IMG/VR virus record: IMGVR_UViG_3300020402_000279
Coordinates: 1 to 27,662 of that record
From: a virus
Taxonomy: Duplodnaviria; Caudoviricetes
Length of the DNA stretch: 27,662 nt
Direction: 5' to 3' (one strand)
Below, piece by piece: positions 1-9,106 of this stretch (position 1 is its first letter; each line of letters starts with the position of its first letter). The notes beneath the pieces were generated by a model. The model was not told where the DNA came from and made no database searches. It saw only the letters and a program-made list of their open reading frames with translations. A program made the position numbers and the translations under genes.

Positions 1-357
1 CTCGCATTGGTGCTTGACATACACCATCACTGGGTCAAAACAGGTGAATATATACGTCCCACCGACGATAGATTTTCTCGCATAGTAGACAGTTGGCGTG
101 GTGTGCGTCCTGTCATACATTACTCTGTATCACGAGAAGACATACTCGTTGATCATGATATAAACACACTACCAGACATGGAGAAATTACTTGAACAAGG
201 ATACAAAAAACAAAAACTACGTGCCCATAGCGACTATATGTGGAATAATGCTGTTAACGATTGGGCTTTATCTTTTAGAGATTATGCTGATATAATGGTA
301 GAAAGCAAGGCCAAGAATTTAGCGAGTATAAAACTCTTCGAATCGGCCAATAAATAA
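1..357 (+). CDS. uvsE: UV damage endonuclease UvsE/UVDE family, C-terminal part (5' truncated by window)
   Basis: Frame is open from base 1 (LALVLDIHHHW...). It carries the UvdE motifs LDIHHH, HYS, AHSD and DIMVESKAKNLA. Confidence 0.85.
   Translation, partial: LALVLDIHHHWVKTGEYIRPTDDRFSRIVDSWRGVRPVIHYSVSREDILVDHDINTLPDMEKLLEQGYKKQKLRAHSDYMWNNAVNDWALSFRDYADIMVESKAKNLASIKLFESANK
351..356 (+). promoter_or_regulatory. T4 late-like promoter box (AATAAATA)
   Basis: TAAATA overlaps the end of uvsE, 23 nt before ATG 380, and is followed by an AAGGAG RBS. Confidence 0.5.
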
Positions 358-379
358 ATTTACGACAAAGGAGAAAACT

Positions 380-544
380 ATGGTAAAATGGTTAAAATCT
401 AGACTCAAAGAAAGAACATCATGGGACGGAGCAGTATGTATTGCTTTAGGTCTTATGATTTTATTCATGGCCCCGTTGGCAAAGATCGCGGCAGGATTAG
501 CGATTGCTTGGGGTGTATGGACTATATGGAAGAAAGAGAAGTAA
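380..544 (+). CDS. 54-aa two-TM membrane protein, possibly holin-like (not in ORF track)
   Basis: Hand translation: MVKWLKSRLKERTSWDGAVCIALGLMILFMAPLAKIAAGLAIAWGVWTIWKKEK. AAGGAG RBS, two hydrophobic segments and basic termini. Confidence 0.8.
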   Translation: MVKWLKSRLKERTSWDGAVCIALGLMILFMAPLAKIAAGLAIAWGVWTIWKKEK

Positions 545-832
545 TTATAGTTCGTCAATAGTAATATCGGCGTCGACAGGGATATTAAGTTTTCTTCTTT
601 GTTCGACGCCTTTTTTTTGGGCAAAGCGTTTCGGATCACAATCAGGGCAAACATGAACATACAAATCATCTAATCTTTTAGGATCAACCTTACCTTTTTC
701 ACGCTTGAATTCTATATGACACTCATCGCATTTGAAAACGGCATAACTACGTAGACGCTTGTAAGGATGGCTTTTACCAGATTTGCTTTGTCTTACATAA
801 AAACGCATTTCTTTTTCAATTCTTAAGAACAT
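545..832 (-). CDS. Hypothetical basic protein with putative Zn-binding CxxC...HxCxxC
   Basis: 95-aa ORF with FKCDEC and HVCPDC motifs. It has its own TAAATA box just upstream on the - strand. Confidence 0.7.
   Translation of the reverse strand: MFLRIEKEMRFYVRQSKSGKSHPYKRLRSYAVFKCDECHIEFKREKGKVDPKRLDDLYVHVCPDCDPKRFAQKKGVEQRRKLNIPVDADITIDEL
569..618 (+). terminator. Putative intrinsic terminator embedded antisense in the 545-832 gene
   Basis: GGCGTCGA (569-576) pairs with TCGACGCC (603-610). The stem extends by CAGGGA/TCTTTG with G-U pairs and is followed directly by T8 (611-618). It lies 24 nt after the stop at 544. Confidence 0.55.
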
Positions 833-836
833 AATG

Positions 837-846
837 TATTTATTTA
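837..846 (-). promoter_or_regulatory. T4 late-like promoter box(es) TAAATAAATA, probably driving a leaderless transcript
   Basis: The reverse complement reads TAAATAAATA-CATT-ATG(832), with no Shine-Dalgarno between box and start. Confidence 0.5.
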
Positions 847-867
847 CATTCGGATTGTAAAAGATTA

Positions 868-875
868 TATAAATA
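868..875 (+). promoter_or_regulatory. T4 late promoter consensus TATAAATA
   Basis: Exact T4 gp55 consensus, followed by an AAGGAG RBS and ATG 887. It is divergent from the 837-846 box. Confidence 0.65.
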
Positions 876-886
876 CTAAGGAGAAG

Positions 887-1216
887 ATGATGTCAAACAT
901 ATTATTTTTAACTGATCAAGCAAAAGAACAAATGGTTACAATGCTTGAAGAACACGATAAACAAGCAGTTAGATTGTCCTTGAAGGGCGGCGGCTGTGCT
1001 GGTTTTAAATACGATTGGACATTGGCAGACGAAGCAGAAAAAGACGATGAGGTCATTGAACTTCCAAAAGGAAAGTTTCTAATTGATCCGGCAAGTATAA
1101 TGTATTTGATAGGATCAAAAGTAGATTACAAAAAGGAAGTATTTGGTTCATACTTTTCAATTGAAAATCCAGCTTCAACATCAAGTTGTGGTTGTGGAGA
1201 GAGCATAGGATTTTAA
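887..1216 (+). CDS. iscA: IscA/HesB (A-type carrier) Fe-S cluster assembly accessory protein
   Basis: LTDQA N-terminus, VRLSLKGGGCAGFKY and C-terminal CGCGES supply the three conserved Cys. The start could be 887 or 890. Confidence 0.92.
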   Translation: MMSNILFLTDQAKEQMVTMLEEHDKQAVRLSLKGGGCAGFKYDWTLADEAEKDDEVIELPKGKFLIDPASIMYLIGSKVDYKKEVFGSYFSIENPASTSSCGCGESIGF

Positions 1217-1219
1217 TAC

Positions 1220-4200
1220 ATGGCTAGACAAGATATTTATTTAGGGGTTGAAGGTAACGACGGTACTGGTGATAGTATTCGTGAAGCGTTTAAAAAAGCA
1301 AACGAAAACTTTACTGAACTATACGCTGTATTTGGACAAGGTGGAACGATCAGCTTTACAGCATTAAGTGATACACCAACATCTCTTACACCTAACGGAC
1401 TTCTAATAGGTAATACAACCGGAACAGAATTAATACAAAAAACATTAACAGGTGGTACAGGAATATCAATTGATAATTCAAGTGCCACAAATATTACAAT
1501 TACAAATACTGGTGCTAATATCAATGCTGACACTAGTCCAATATTAGGTGGTCCACTTAATGGTAATGCTGTATATGCCATAGGAAAAATAGCTACATCG
1601 GCCGCGGCAATTCAAGAATTTAATCAGACACATGCTTCACAGATAACAATAGATGATATTGTTACAGATAAAAAATATCAAGATAAAAATTACGCTCCTC
1701 ATACTATAACACAAACTAACAAATCTGTGTATGCTAGAACAGAACCAACTGACGATTCAGAATACACACAAACAATAGCAGAATATAGATCAGGAAATGT
1801 TGTTATATCAAATCATGGATTTGATAATAGCTTCAATGGTACACAATGGAAATATTCTACAACAAATACAGCACCAACAGGATTAACAAATAATACTGAT
1901 TACTTCATAAGATTTGTTTCTCCAGATCAAATAAGTTTACACACAACTAAAACAGAAGCACAAAATGATGATGATCTAACAAGAGTAAAAGTTAATGTTG
2001 GTTTAGGAGCTACCACAGCAGTAACAGGCACAGATGTAATTAAAGACCAAAGTTACAACGAAGACTTATATGGAACATATAGAGTAGACGAAGTCATGCC
2101 TAGAAACGCTTCTGTGAGAAGGCAAGGAGACGAACTAGCAGGTCCTTTATATCTTGCCGATCATCCAGGATACCTAGCAGGAACAACAGGACCTATAGAA
2201 GATAGACAGGCGGCATCAAAACTGTATGTTGATAATTCTTCATACGCTAGTACAGAAGATCTTTTTGTTACAAAACAAGGTGACGATACTCAAGCAAACA
2301 CTCCGGTAGGTTTCGAGGGAAGAGGATTAAGCTATGCTTTTGGAAGTTTAAAAGCGGCTTGTTTAAAAGCACAAGAAATAATGGAGTCAGCACCAATAGA
2401 GCCTGGTGCTTATAGACAAACTATAACGTTTAATAACGGTGACGGTATTTCCCTAGTAACATCTGCTGAAACTAAAACACCTAATTCAGCCGCATCTAGT
2501 GCTATCAAATATTTACAAGGCAGTAAAAAGTTTGTTCAAAAATCAGTTGTAGATTACGTTAAAGATAATTTCCCTCAACATAGTTTCTTTGATACAAATG
2601 TTATTAACACAAACACTGAAAGTTTATTATTTAAAAATAAAAAGTTTATACAAGAGGAAGTTACTGCTTGGATAAATTATCAAATTAATACAGGAGCTAC
2701 TGTTTCATACAGCGACGGTACAGCTGACTTTACAGGATTCAAATACAGTTCAGCAAAATGTAAAAGAGATGTAGGATACATTGTTGACGCTTGGGAAAAT
2801 GATTTAGCTAGAGGCGGAAACATCGAAACACGTAGAATTGCTTCAAGTTATCTAGCAGGAGCCGTAAATGCTGTCAACAAAAATACAAGTAACGCAAATA
2901 ATACTGTAAACCAAATTGCTCAGACAAATGCCGCGATAGAATTTGCTAGGGATTTAGTTAAGGATTATATTTTAACAGGAACAGCTTATCCTACCAAACA
3001 AGGATACTTTCAAGTAAATGCTTCCAACCTAACTGGAACTGGTTTTAGATTCTATATTGGTACATCATCATACGCGAATGCTTATGTAAATGGTGGGTTG
3101 GTTACAAAATCAGATGGAACACAACTTAACGTTAGCACATTCTCATATGATTACACAACAGGTTTTGCGGATGTAACGACAACCACTACACACGGATTGT
3201 CAGCAGGCAACACAGTTCAATTGACAGGAATAAATGTTTCTTGTACATATGAAGGATCTACTCAGGAAAAAGTTTATCCGGAACTTGTAAGCCAAGCAAA
3301 TTGTTATAAATTTACAGTACAAAACACAAGTTTCTTAGGAACAAGTCCAACATCAAATCAATTACAAGTTTATGTAGGACCAAGTAAGTACGGACACACT
3401 TACGTAAGTGGTGGAACAATAAAAGGCAACCTAACAGAATTTTCTCCAACAGGAGCAACTTACAATCCTACAACTGGAGATATGGTAATAACTATAGGAA
3501 ACCATACTCTTACTACTTCAAACACAATTGAAATAGAACCTAACAGTTTTACTTTTACCTGTGCCAAAGATAATAATGCTACATTACATTCTTATCCAAG
3601 GAAAGAATCTGTAACTTCATCACCTAGTAGTGATCCAGCATACAATACAGCTTTACCAATTACCGCAGTAGGCACTAACACAATTACTGTAAACGTAGGT
3701 GTGTCTTCTAATACAAGTGTACACACTTTTGTTGGCGCAAGAAGAAATGCTGTTAAGTATTATGCCGCAAGTAATACAATTACAGGATTCAATTACAGTA
3801 ACACAACAGGTTATGCTACAATAACAACTTCAGCAACACATGGACTTGTAGCAGGAAATAAAGTTGAATTAGCTGACATTTATCTATCTTGTTCAGCACC
3901 AACAGCAAGTAATACATATTACCCACAACCTATATATGCTGATTATGGTACAGGTAATAAAGATATTCCAGGTCGAGCAAATACATTAACAGAATTAATT
4001 GTAGACGTAATTGCTAATGGATTAGGAAAGGTCCCTGCTCCAGTACAACCAGAAAAACCAAATAACACTTGTGAAAGAGATTTAGGACTTATTATTGATG
4101 GTATGATCATCGATATCAGAAATGGTACCAACTCAAACTTCAACGCATTACAGGCGGCTAAAAGATACTTCAGCACACCTAGCGGAGCAAAGGCAAGAAT

Positions 4201-7200
4201 AAGTCAAAAGACAGAAACACTTGCGGCAATAACAAAAGCAAAATCCTATGTTAGAAGTGTTGTTTCAAATACAGATTTAAAAAGACAATCAAGATTATTC
4301 ACAGTTGAAAGTGCTAATTTATCAGCTACACAATTCCAGGTTGCTGTAGGAACTTCAAATACAGTACATACCTACATCAGAGGCGGAATAGTTACTTTTG
4401 GAAATCAACAATTTGCCATAAACAATTTTGTTTATGATAATGTAACAGGAAAAGGTTTAATAACTACTACAACCGCACATGGATTGTCAACAGGTAATGT
4501 TGTTCAATTAGATGGTATTGTGTTTGAGTGTAACACTGGTATTAAAGAATATCCAGGAGAATTTTCAACAGATATACCACAATATTTAGATAGTACTCTT
4601 CCAACAGTTTCAGACACTATTAAAAACGCACTAGATAACCAGTTTGATATTATTTTAGATATTTTAACAAACGGATTCACAGCGGTTGATACTTACACAG
4701 TAGTTGAAGGTAGCACATATAAGATACAATTTAGCAACGGTGGATCAAACTACTACACTGATCAAGGTATTAATACAAACGTAGATATACTTCCAGGAAA
4801 AATTATTGTAGGTAAAACTACAGGAGCAAGAGGTAGAATTGTAAAATATACTAGCGGTGTTGATTTAGGTAATCTTGCTTACGACGAAGTTGAAGTAGTA
4901 TTGGTTGAACCAAAAGAATTTAGAATAGGTGAAGAACTTGAGTATGGTAACGGAACTAAAGAGAAACAAATTTGTATCCATGTTGAATCAGGAATATACT
5001 TTGAAGATTATCCTATCAAGGTTCCAGAAAACGTATCTATTAAAGGAACAGATTTTAGACGTTGTCAAATTAGACCAGCGCCAAGGATATCACAATCACC
5101 ATGGGTTAAATCTTATTTTTACAGAGACAAACTTTTAGACAATTTACAAATTACAGACTTTACTGGATCTGATATTGCTACAGCACAAGACATTACGCTA
5201 ACAGGAACTAATGAAGCAGGCGGTGTAATCACTGTTACGCCAGCCGATAATATTGCTCCTATTGCTTGGGATGGAGCTTGGTTCTATACAGACAGTGGAG
5301 CAGTTGGTTTAATTTCAAACGCCGATGGCGGAAGTGATTTCAATGTAACTTTGACTGTAGATATTTTACCAAACCTAAACACAATAAGTGCTGGTGCTTG
5401 GCATGTTAAGAAAACACTTAATTACGGATATCACTATCTAACAGATCCAGGTGACGTAACCAGTGTTCCAAAACGCAACGATCAAATGGACGTCTTCTTA
5501 ATGAATGACGCTACTAGACTTGCGAACATGTCTTTCCAAGGACATGGTGGATTTGCCCAGGTATTAGATCCTTCCGGACAAGTTTTAATTAAATCTCCAT
5601 ACACACAGGTTTGTGGATCATTTTCAGGAAGTGTTAATAAACAAGCATTTAGAGGTGGTATGTTTATTGATGGTTTCGCAGGAAATTTAGAAACTGTTAT
5701 TACAAGTAAGGACGACAACTTTACATTAAATGTTCAATCTGCTGTAGGCACAGGACTAAGAGTAAGAAAACCAGAAACCCCAGCTCCATTCTTTATCAAC
5801 GGAGTACGTTATCAAGTAGATGCTATTTCCGAGTATGATGGCGGTGCTGGAACAGGTAAACTTTTAATTAATAAATTATCCAATGAAGGAAACGGATACA
5901 CAGATGCTGTTCCAGGGGGTGGTACAGAAATATTCATACAAACCGCTGGTAACAGAAGTATGTTGGCAAATGACTACACCCAGGTTAACGATTTAGGATA
6001 TGGACTTTTTGTTAACAACGCAGGACTTTCAGAGCAAGTTAGTACATTCTGTTATTATAACCACATAGCATTCTTTAGTAACAACGGTTCAGAGATTAGA
6101 GCTCTAAACTGTTCTAACGCAAATGGTAACTTTGGATTAGTTGCGGCAGGTTCTGATCCAAACGAAACTGTTGATGCTATTACTTCATTGCGAACTATGC
6201 AACAGCCTGCTAAGGTTTACAATGATGCTAGTAACACATATGGTTTTGGTGCTATATCACACGCACAAGGCGTAAACACAATTCACTTATATGATTGTGA
6301 TTATCATCCATATCCAAACAGTTTAATAGATGTGTATGAAAGAGATGGAAGCGGAAACATTACAGCTCTAAATACTTACGAAGTAACAGCAGTTACCGAA
6401 ATGAGTTTACCAACATCTAACTCAGGTGGATATTCAGGAGCAACTGGTCCAACAGGACGTAAAGGTGCTAACCAAAAGATTTACAGATGTAACATATCAG
6501 GTGATACTGGATTAGCAAGTGCTATTACAGGTGATCATAATATAAACTTGGCATCAGATGCTTCTCCTTATGTGATTATGAGAATGAACAAGAATCACTT
6601 GTTCTCAGGAGTATCAGGTGTTACAAGTATTAGACCATCAACTGCTTTAATATTTGATGAAAATTTAAGTCAAGTTTATAGAACAATTAGCTTTAACAAC
6701 CAAGATGCTGATAATACTGCTTTGGCGGCTGATCAATTCCAAATCGTATTTGACTCAGGCTTTAAACATCTTAACCTAACTGTTAACCAAACCGAAGCTG
6801 TAAACAATACGTTTGCTGGTGCTGGTACAACAATGGGATCAACAGTTGGTGACGTTGTTATTGCCATTGAAAAATTAACAGCGGCAGGTATTGCTAGAAT
6901 TAATAACAACGATATGATATTTGCTTGGGGTGGTAAACTTCACCAGGTATCTAATTACACAGATAGAACAACTTTTGCCACAATTAATTTGACAGATGTT
7001 GCGGCTTCAAACATTAACAGTAACAATACTTTATACACTGGTTCAGGTATTGCCAAACCAATTTATAGTGCTGGAGGAACCACTGCTATAACACTTACTT
7101 TATCATTAGCGTCAAACGAAGCGGCAAACATTACAGTTGGTATTTCCACATTAAGAGCAAACGGACATGACTTTGATAAAATTGGTACTGGTGGATTTAA

Positions 7201-9106
7201 CACCACAAACTATCCAAGTATCATTTACGGTGAACCGGTTAATTCAGCTACACAGGCAAATGAAGTAGTTGAAAGAGGAAAAGGTAGAGTATTCTTTGCT
7301 TCAACAGACCAAGATGGATTCTTTAGAGTTGGTAAGTTCTTTAGCGTTGACCAAGGAACAGGTACTGTTACTTTTGCGGCTTCGATCGCTATTAGTAACC
7401 TAGACGGACTTGGATTTAAACAAGGTGTTAGAATTACTGAATTCAGTAACGATGACACAATGGCTGATGCTGATCCAGCCGCAGTACCTACAGAATTTGC
7501 CGCTGAAGCATTCTTAACAAGAAGACTACATTTTGATAGAACAGGAACTTTACAAACAGTTGGAACTATAGGTCCAGGTGCGTTAGCAAGAGATGGCACA
7601 ACACCTTTAACAGGAAATTTAAATGCTGGTGGAACCAACAAAATATTTAACATGGCGGATCCAACCAATCAACAGGATGGAGCAACCAAGTCATACGTTG
7701 ATTCTAGAACACCGTTTGGTACTGAAGCTATTGGCGCAAACATTGCCAATAGACAAACCAACGACTTCTTGGTTTGGGACGGATCAAGTTATGATAACGC
7801 AACTCCGGCAGGAGACATTGGTATAAGTGTATCAGGAAATGTTGCTACATTCTCGATCACTGGTGATTCCATTGTAAACGCAGACGTCAACACAAATGCT
7901 GGTATAGCACAAAGCAAGTTGGCTATGAATGCGGCAACCACCAGAGCTAATGCTACAGGTATTGCTCAAAGTGATCTAGGACTAGCAAGTTTTGATTCAG
8001 GTGACTTTACTGTTACAGATGGTTTTGTAACCCTGAAAGAAGGTAGCGTAGATTACTCAGATTTACCTGATATGGCGGCTAAAACTGTATTAGCAAATAT
8101 TACTACAGGAACAGCTGACACAGTAGCAGTTACAATTGACGATTTAATTGACGCTTACAGTAAATTTACAACAACTGGTGTTGCTTCTAGAATAGTACAA
8201 ACTGGAACAGATGGAAGTATAGACGCACAGAAATTTAAACTTGACAATTATGATATTTTAGATCAAACCAACTTAACGATGACACTTAAGACTCCTGGTG
8301 GTGCTAAGGTGTTTGATACTGTTGGATCTGTAGCAAGTAATACAACCACTACATTTCCAGGAAGCATACAGATAGGTGATACAGATGTTACAGCATCGTT
8401 CTTCCAAAAGAACAGTAGTTATGGAGATCCAAGTGATGCTACATTAAATTCACCAAGATTAGCAAGTGACTGGGCTTATACTTCATTTATAGAAGCACCA
8501 GGTGAAAAAGGAGCATCGTCAACAGGTATAGCTGTGGGAGCAGGTACTGGATTTACAGCCGCAGGTGAAATTGCTATCATAGCAAACAATAACGTAGCGG
8601 CGATCAAGTTCACACAAACAGCGGCAAGTCCTTCAAGTAACAATGGATATGCTCTAGGAACATCTGCTTTAAGATATTCTACAGTATATGCTACAGCACT
8701 AGATGGTTTGGCAACTTCAGCAAAATACGCTGACTTGGCAGAGAACTATCTAGCAGATAAAGATTATGAAGTAGGGACTGTGCTTGTATTTGGTGGTGAA
8801 CAAGAACTTACCACAACAGATATAAAAGGTGATACTAAAGTAGCAGGAGTTGTTTCAGAAAATCCAGCACACTTAATGAATAGCCAATTAGAAGGCGATC
8901 ATGTTACGCCACTGGCATTACAGGGTAGAACTCCTTGTAAAGTAATTGGACAAGTTAAGAAAGGTGATATGATTGTCACTAGTGCGATAGCAGGATATGG
9001 AATGGTAAACAACATACCAGGCATAGGTACAATTATTGGTAAAGCAGTAGGCACAAAAGATGATGACGGTCACGGCATTGTCGAAGTTGTGATAGGGAGA
9101 GTATAA
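1220..9106 (+). CDS. Giant (2628 aa) virion structural protein: tail spike/fibre with gp9/gp10-like N-terminus, pectin-lyase-like beta-helix, repeated beta modules and a C-terminal intramolecular-chaperone-like domain
   Basis: N-terminal GNDGTGDSIREAFKKANENFTELY; beta-helix signatures (FVTKQGDD, IHVESGIYFEDYPIKVPENVSIKG, SMLANDYTQVNDLGYG); C-terminal YADLAENY...GVVSENPA...LQGRTPCKV..KGD; T/G/S/N-rich composition. Confidence 0.8.
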   Translation: MARQDIYLGVEGNDGTGDSIREAFKKANENFTELYAVFGQGGTISFTALSDTPTSLTPNGLLIGNTTGTELIQKTLTGGTGISIDNSSATNITITNTGANINADTSPILGGPLNGNAVYAIGKIATSAAAIQEFNQTHASQITIDDIVTDKKYQDKNYAPHTITQTNKSVYARTEPTDDSEYTQTIAEYRSGNVVISNHGFDNSFNGTQWKYSTTNTAPTGLTNNTDYFIRFVSPDQISLHTTKTEAQNDDDLTRVKVNVGLGATTAVTGTDVIKDQSYNEDLYGTYRVDEVMPRNASVRRQGDELAGPLYLADHPGYLAGTTGPIEDRQAASKLYVDNSSYASTEDLFVTKQGDDTQANTPVGFEGRGLSYAFGSLKAACLKAQEIMESAPIEPGAYRQTITFNNGDGISLVTSAETKTPNSAASSAIKYLQGSKKFVQKSVVDYVKDNFPQHSFFDTNVINTNTESLLFKNKKFIQEEVTAWINYQINTGATVSYSDGTADFTGFKYSSAKCKRDVGYIVDAWENDLARGGNIETRRIASSYLAGAVNAVNKNTSNANNTVNQIAQTNAAIEFARDLVKDYILTGTAYPTKQGYFQVNASNLTGTGFRFYIGTSSYANAYVNGGLVTKSDGTQLNVSTFSYDYTTGFADVTTTTTHGLSAGNTVQLTGINVSCTYEGSTQEKVYPELVSQANCYKFTVQNTSFLGTSPTSNQLQVYVGPSKYGHTYVSGGTIKGNLTEFSPTGATYNPTTGDMVITIGNHTLTTSNTIEIEPNSFTFTCAKDNNATLHSYPRKESVTSSPSSDPAYNTALPITAVGTNTITVNVGVSSNTSVHTFVGARRNAVKYYAASNTITGFNYSNTTGYATITTSATHGLVAGNKVELADIYLSCSAPTASNTYYPQPIYADYGTGNKDIPGRANTLTELIVDVIANGLGKVPAPVQPEKPNNTCERDLGLIIDGMIIDIRNGTNSNFNALQAAKRYFSTPSGAKARISQKTETLAAITKAKSYVRSVVSNTDLKRQSRLFTVESANLSATQFQVAVGTSNTVHTYIRGGIVTFGNQQFAINNFVYDNVTGKGLITTTTAHGLSTGNVVQLDGIVFECNTGIKEYPGEFSTDIPQYLDSTLPTVSDTIKNALDNQFDIILDILTNGFTAVDTYTVVEGSTYKIQFSNGGSNYYTDQGINTNVDILPGKIIVGKTTGARGRIVKYTSGVDLGNLAYDEVEVVLVEPKEFRIGEELEYGNGTKEKQICIHVESGIYFEDYPIKVPENVSIKGTDFRRCQIRPAPRISQSPWVKSYFYRDKLLDNLQITDFTGSDIATAQDITLTGTNEAGGVITVTPADNIAPIAWDGAWFYTDSGAVGLISNADGGSDFNVTLTVDILPNLNTISAGAWHVKKTLNYGYHYLTDPGDVTSVPKRNDQMDVFLMNDATRLANMSFQGHGGFAQVLDPSGQVLIKSPYTQVCGSFSGSVNKQAFRGGMFIDGFAGNLETVITSKDDNFTLNVQSAVGTGLRVRKPETPAPFFINGVRYQVDAISEYDGGAGTGKLLINKLSNEGNGYTDAVPGGGTEIFIQTAGNRSMLANDYTQVNDLGYGLFVNNAGLSEQVSTFCYYNHIAFFSNNGSEIRALNCSNANGNFGLVAAGSDPNETVDAITSLRTMQQPAKVYNDASNTYGFGAISHAQGVNTIHLYDCDYHPYPNSLIDVYERDGSGNITALNTYEVTAVTEMSLPTSNSGGYSGATGPTGRKGANQKIYRCNISGDTGLASAITGDHNINLASDASPYVIMRMNKNHLFSGVSGVTSIRPSTALIFDENLSQVYRTISFNNQDADNTALAADQFQIVFDSGFKHLNLTVNQTEAVNNTFAGAGTTMGSTVGDVVIAIEKLTAAGIARINNNDMIFAWGGKLHQVSNYTDRTTFATINLTDVAASNINSNNTLYTGSGIAKPIYSAGGTTAITLTLSLASNEAANITVGISTLRANGHDFDKIGTGGFNTTNYPSIIYGEPVNSATQANEVVERGKGRVFFASTDQDGFFRVGKFFSVDQGTGTVTFAASIAISNLDGLGFKQGVRITEFSNDDTMADADPAAVPTEFAAEAFLTRRLHFDRTGTLQTVGTIGPGALARDGTTPLTGNLNAGGTNKIFNMADPTNQQDGATKSYVDSRTPFGTEAIGANIANRQTNDFLVWDGSSYDNATPAGDIGISVSGNVATFSITGDSIVNADVNTNAGIAQSKLAMNAATTRANATGIAQSDLGLASFDSGDFTVTDGFVTLKEGSVDYSDLPDMAAKTVLANITTGTADTVAVTIDDLIDAYSKFTTTGVASRIVQTGTDGSIDAQKFKLDNYDILDQTNLTMTLKTPGGAKVFDTVGSVASNTTTTFPGSIQIGDTDVTASFFQKNSSYGDPSDATLNSPRLASDWAYTSFIEAPGEKGASSTGIAVGAGTGFTAAGEIAIIANNNVAAIKFTQTAASPSSNNGYALGTSALRYSTVYATALDGLATSAKYADLAENYLADKDYEVGTVLVFGGEQELTTTDIKGDTKVAGVVSENPAHLMNSQLEGDHVTPLALQGRTPCKVIGQVKKGDMIVTSAIAGYGMVNNIPGIGTIIGKAVGTKDDDGHGIVEVVIGRV

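Noticed and set aside
319-669. 116-aa minus-strand ORF in the track
   Set aside because: Antisense shadow of the RBS-supported 380-544 gene, and it overlaps 545-832.
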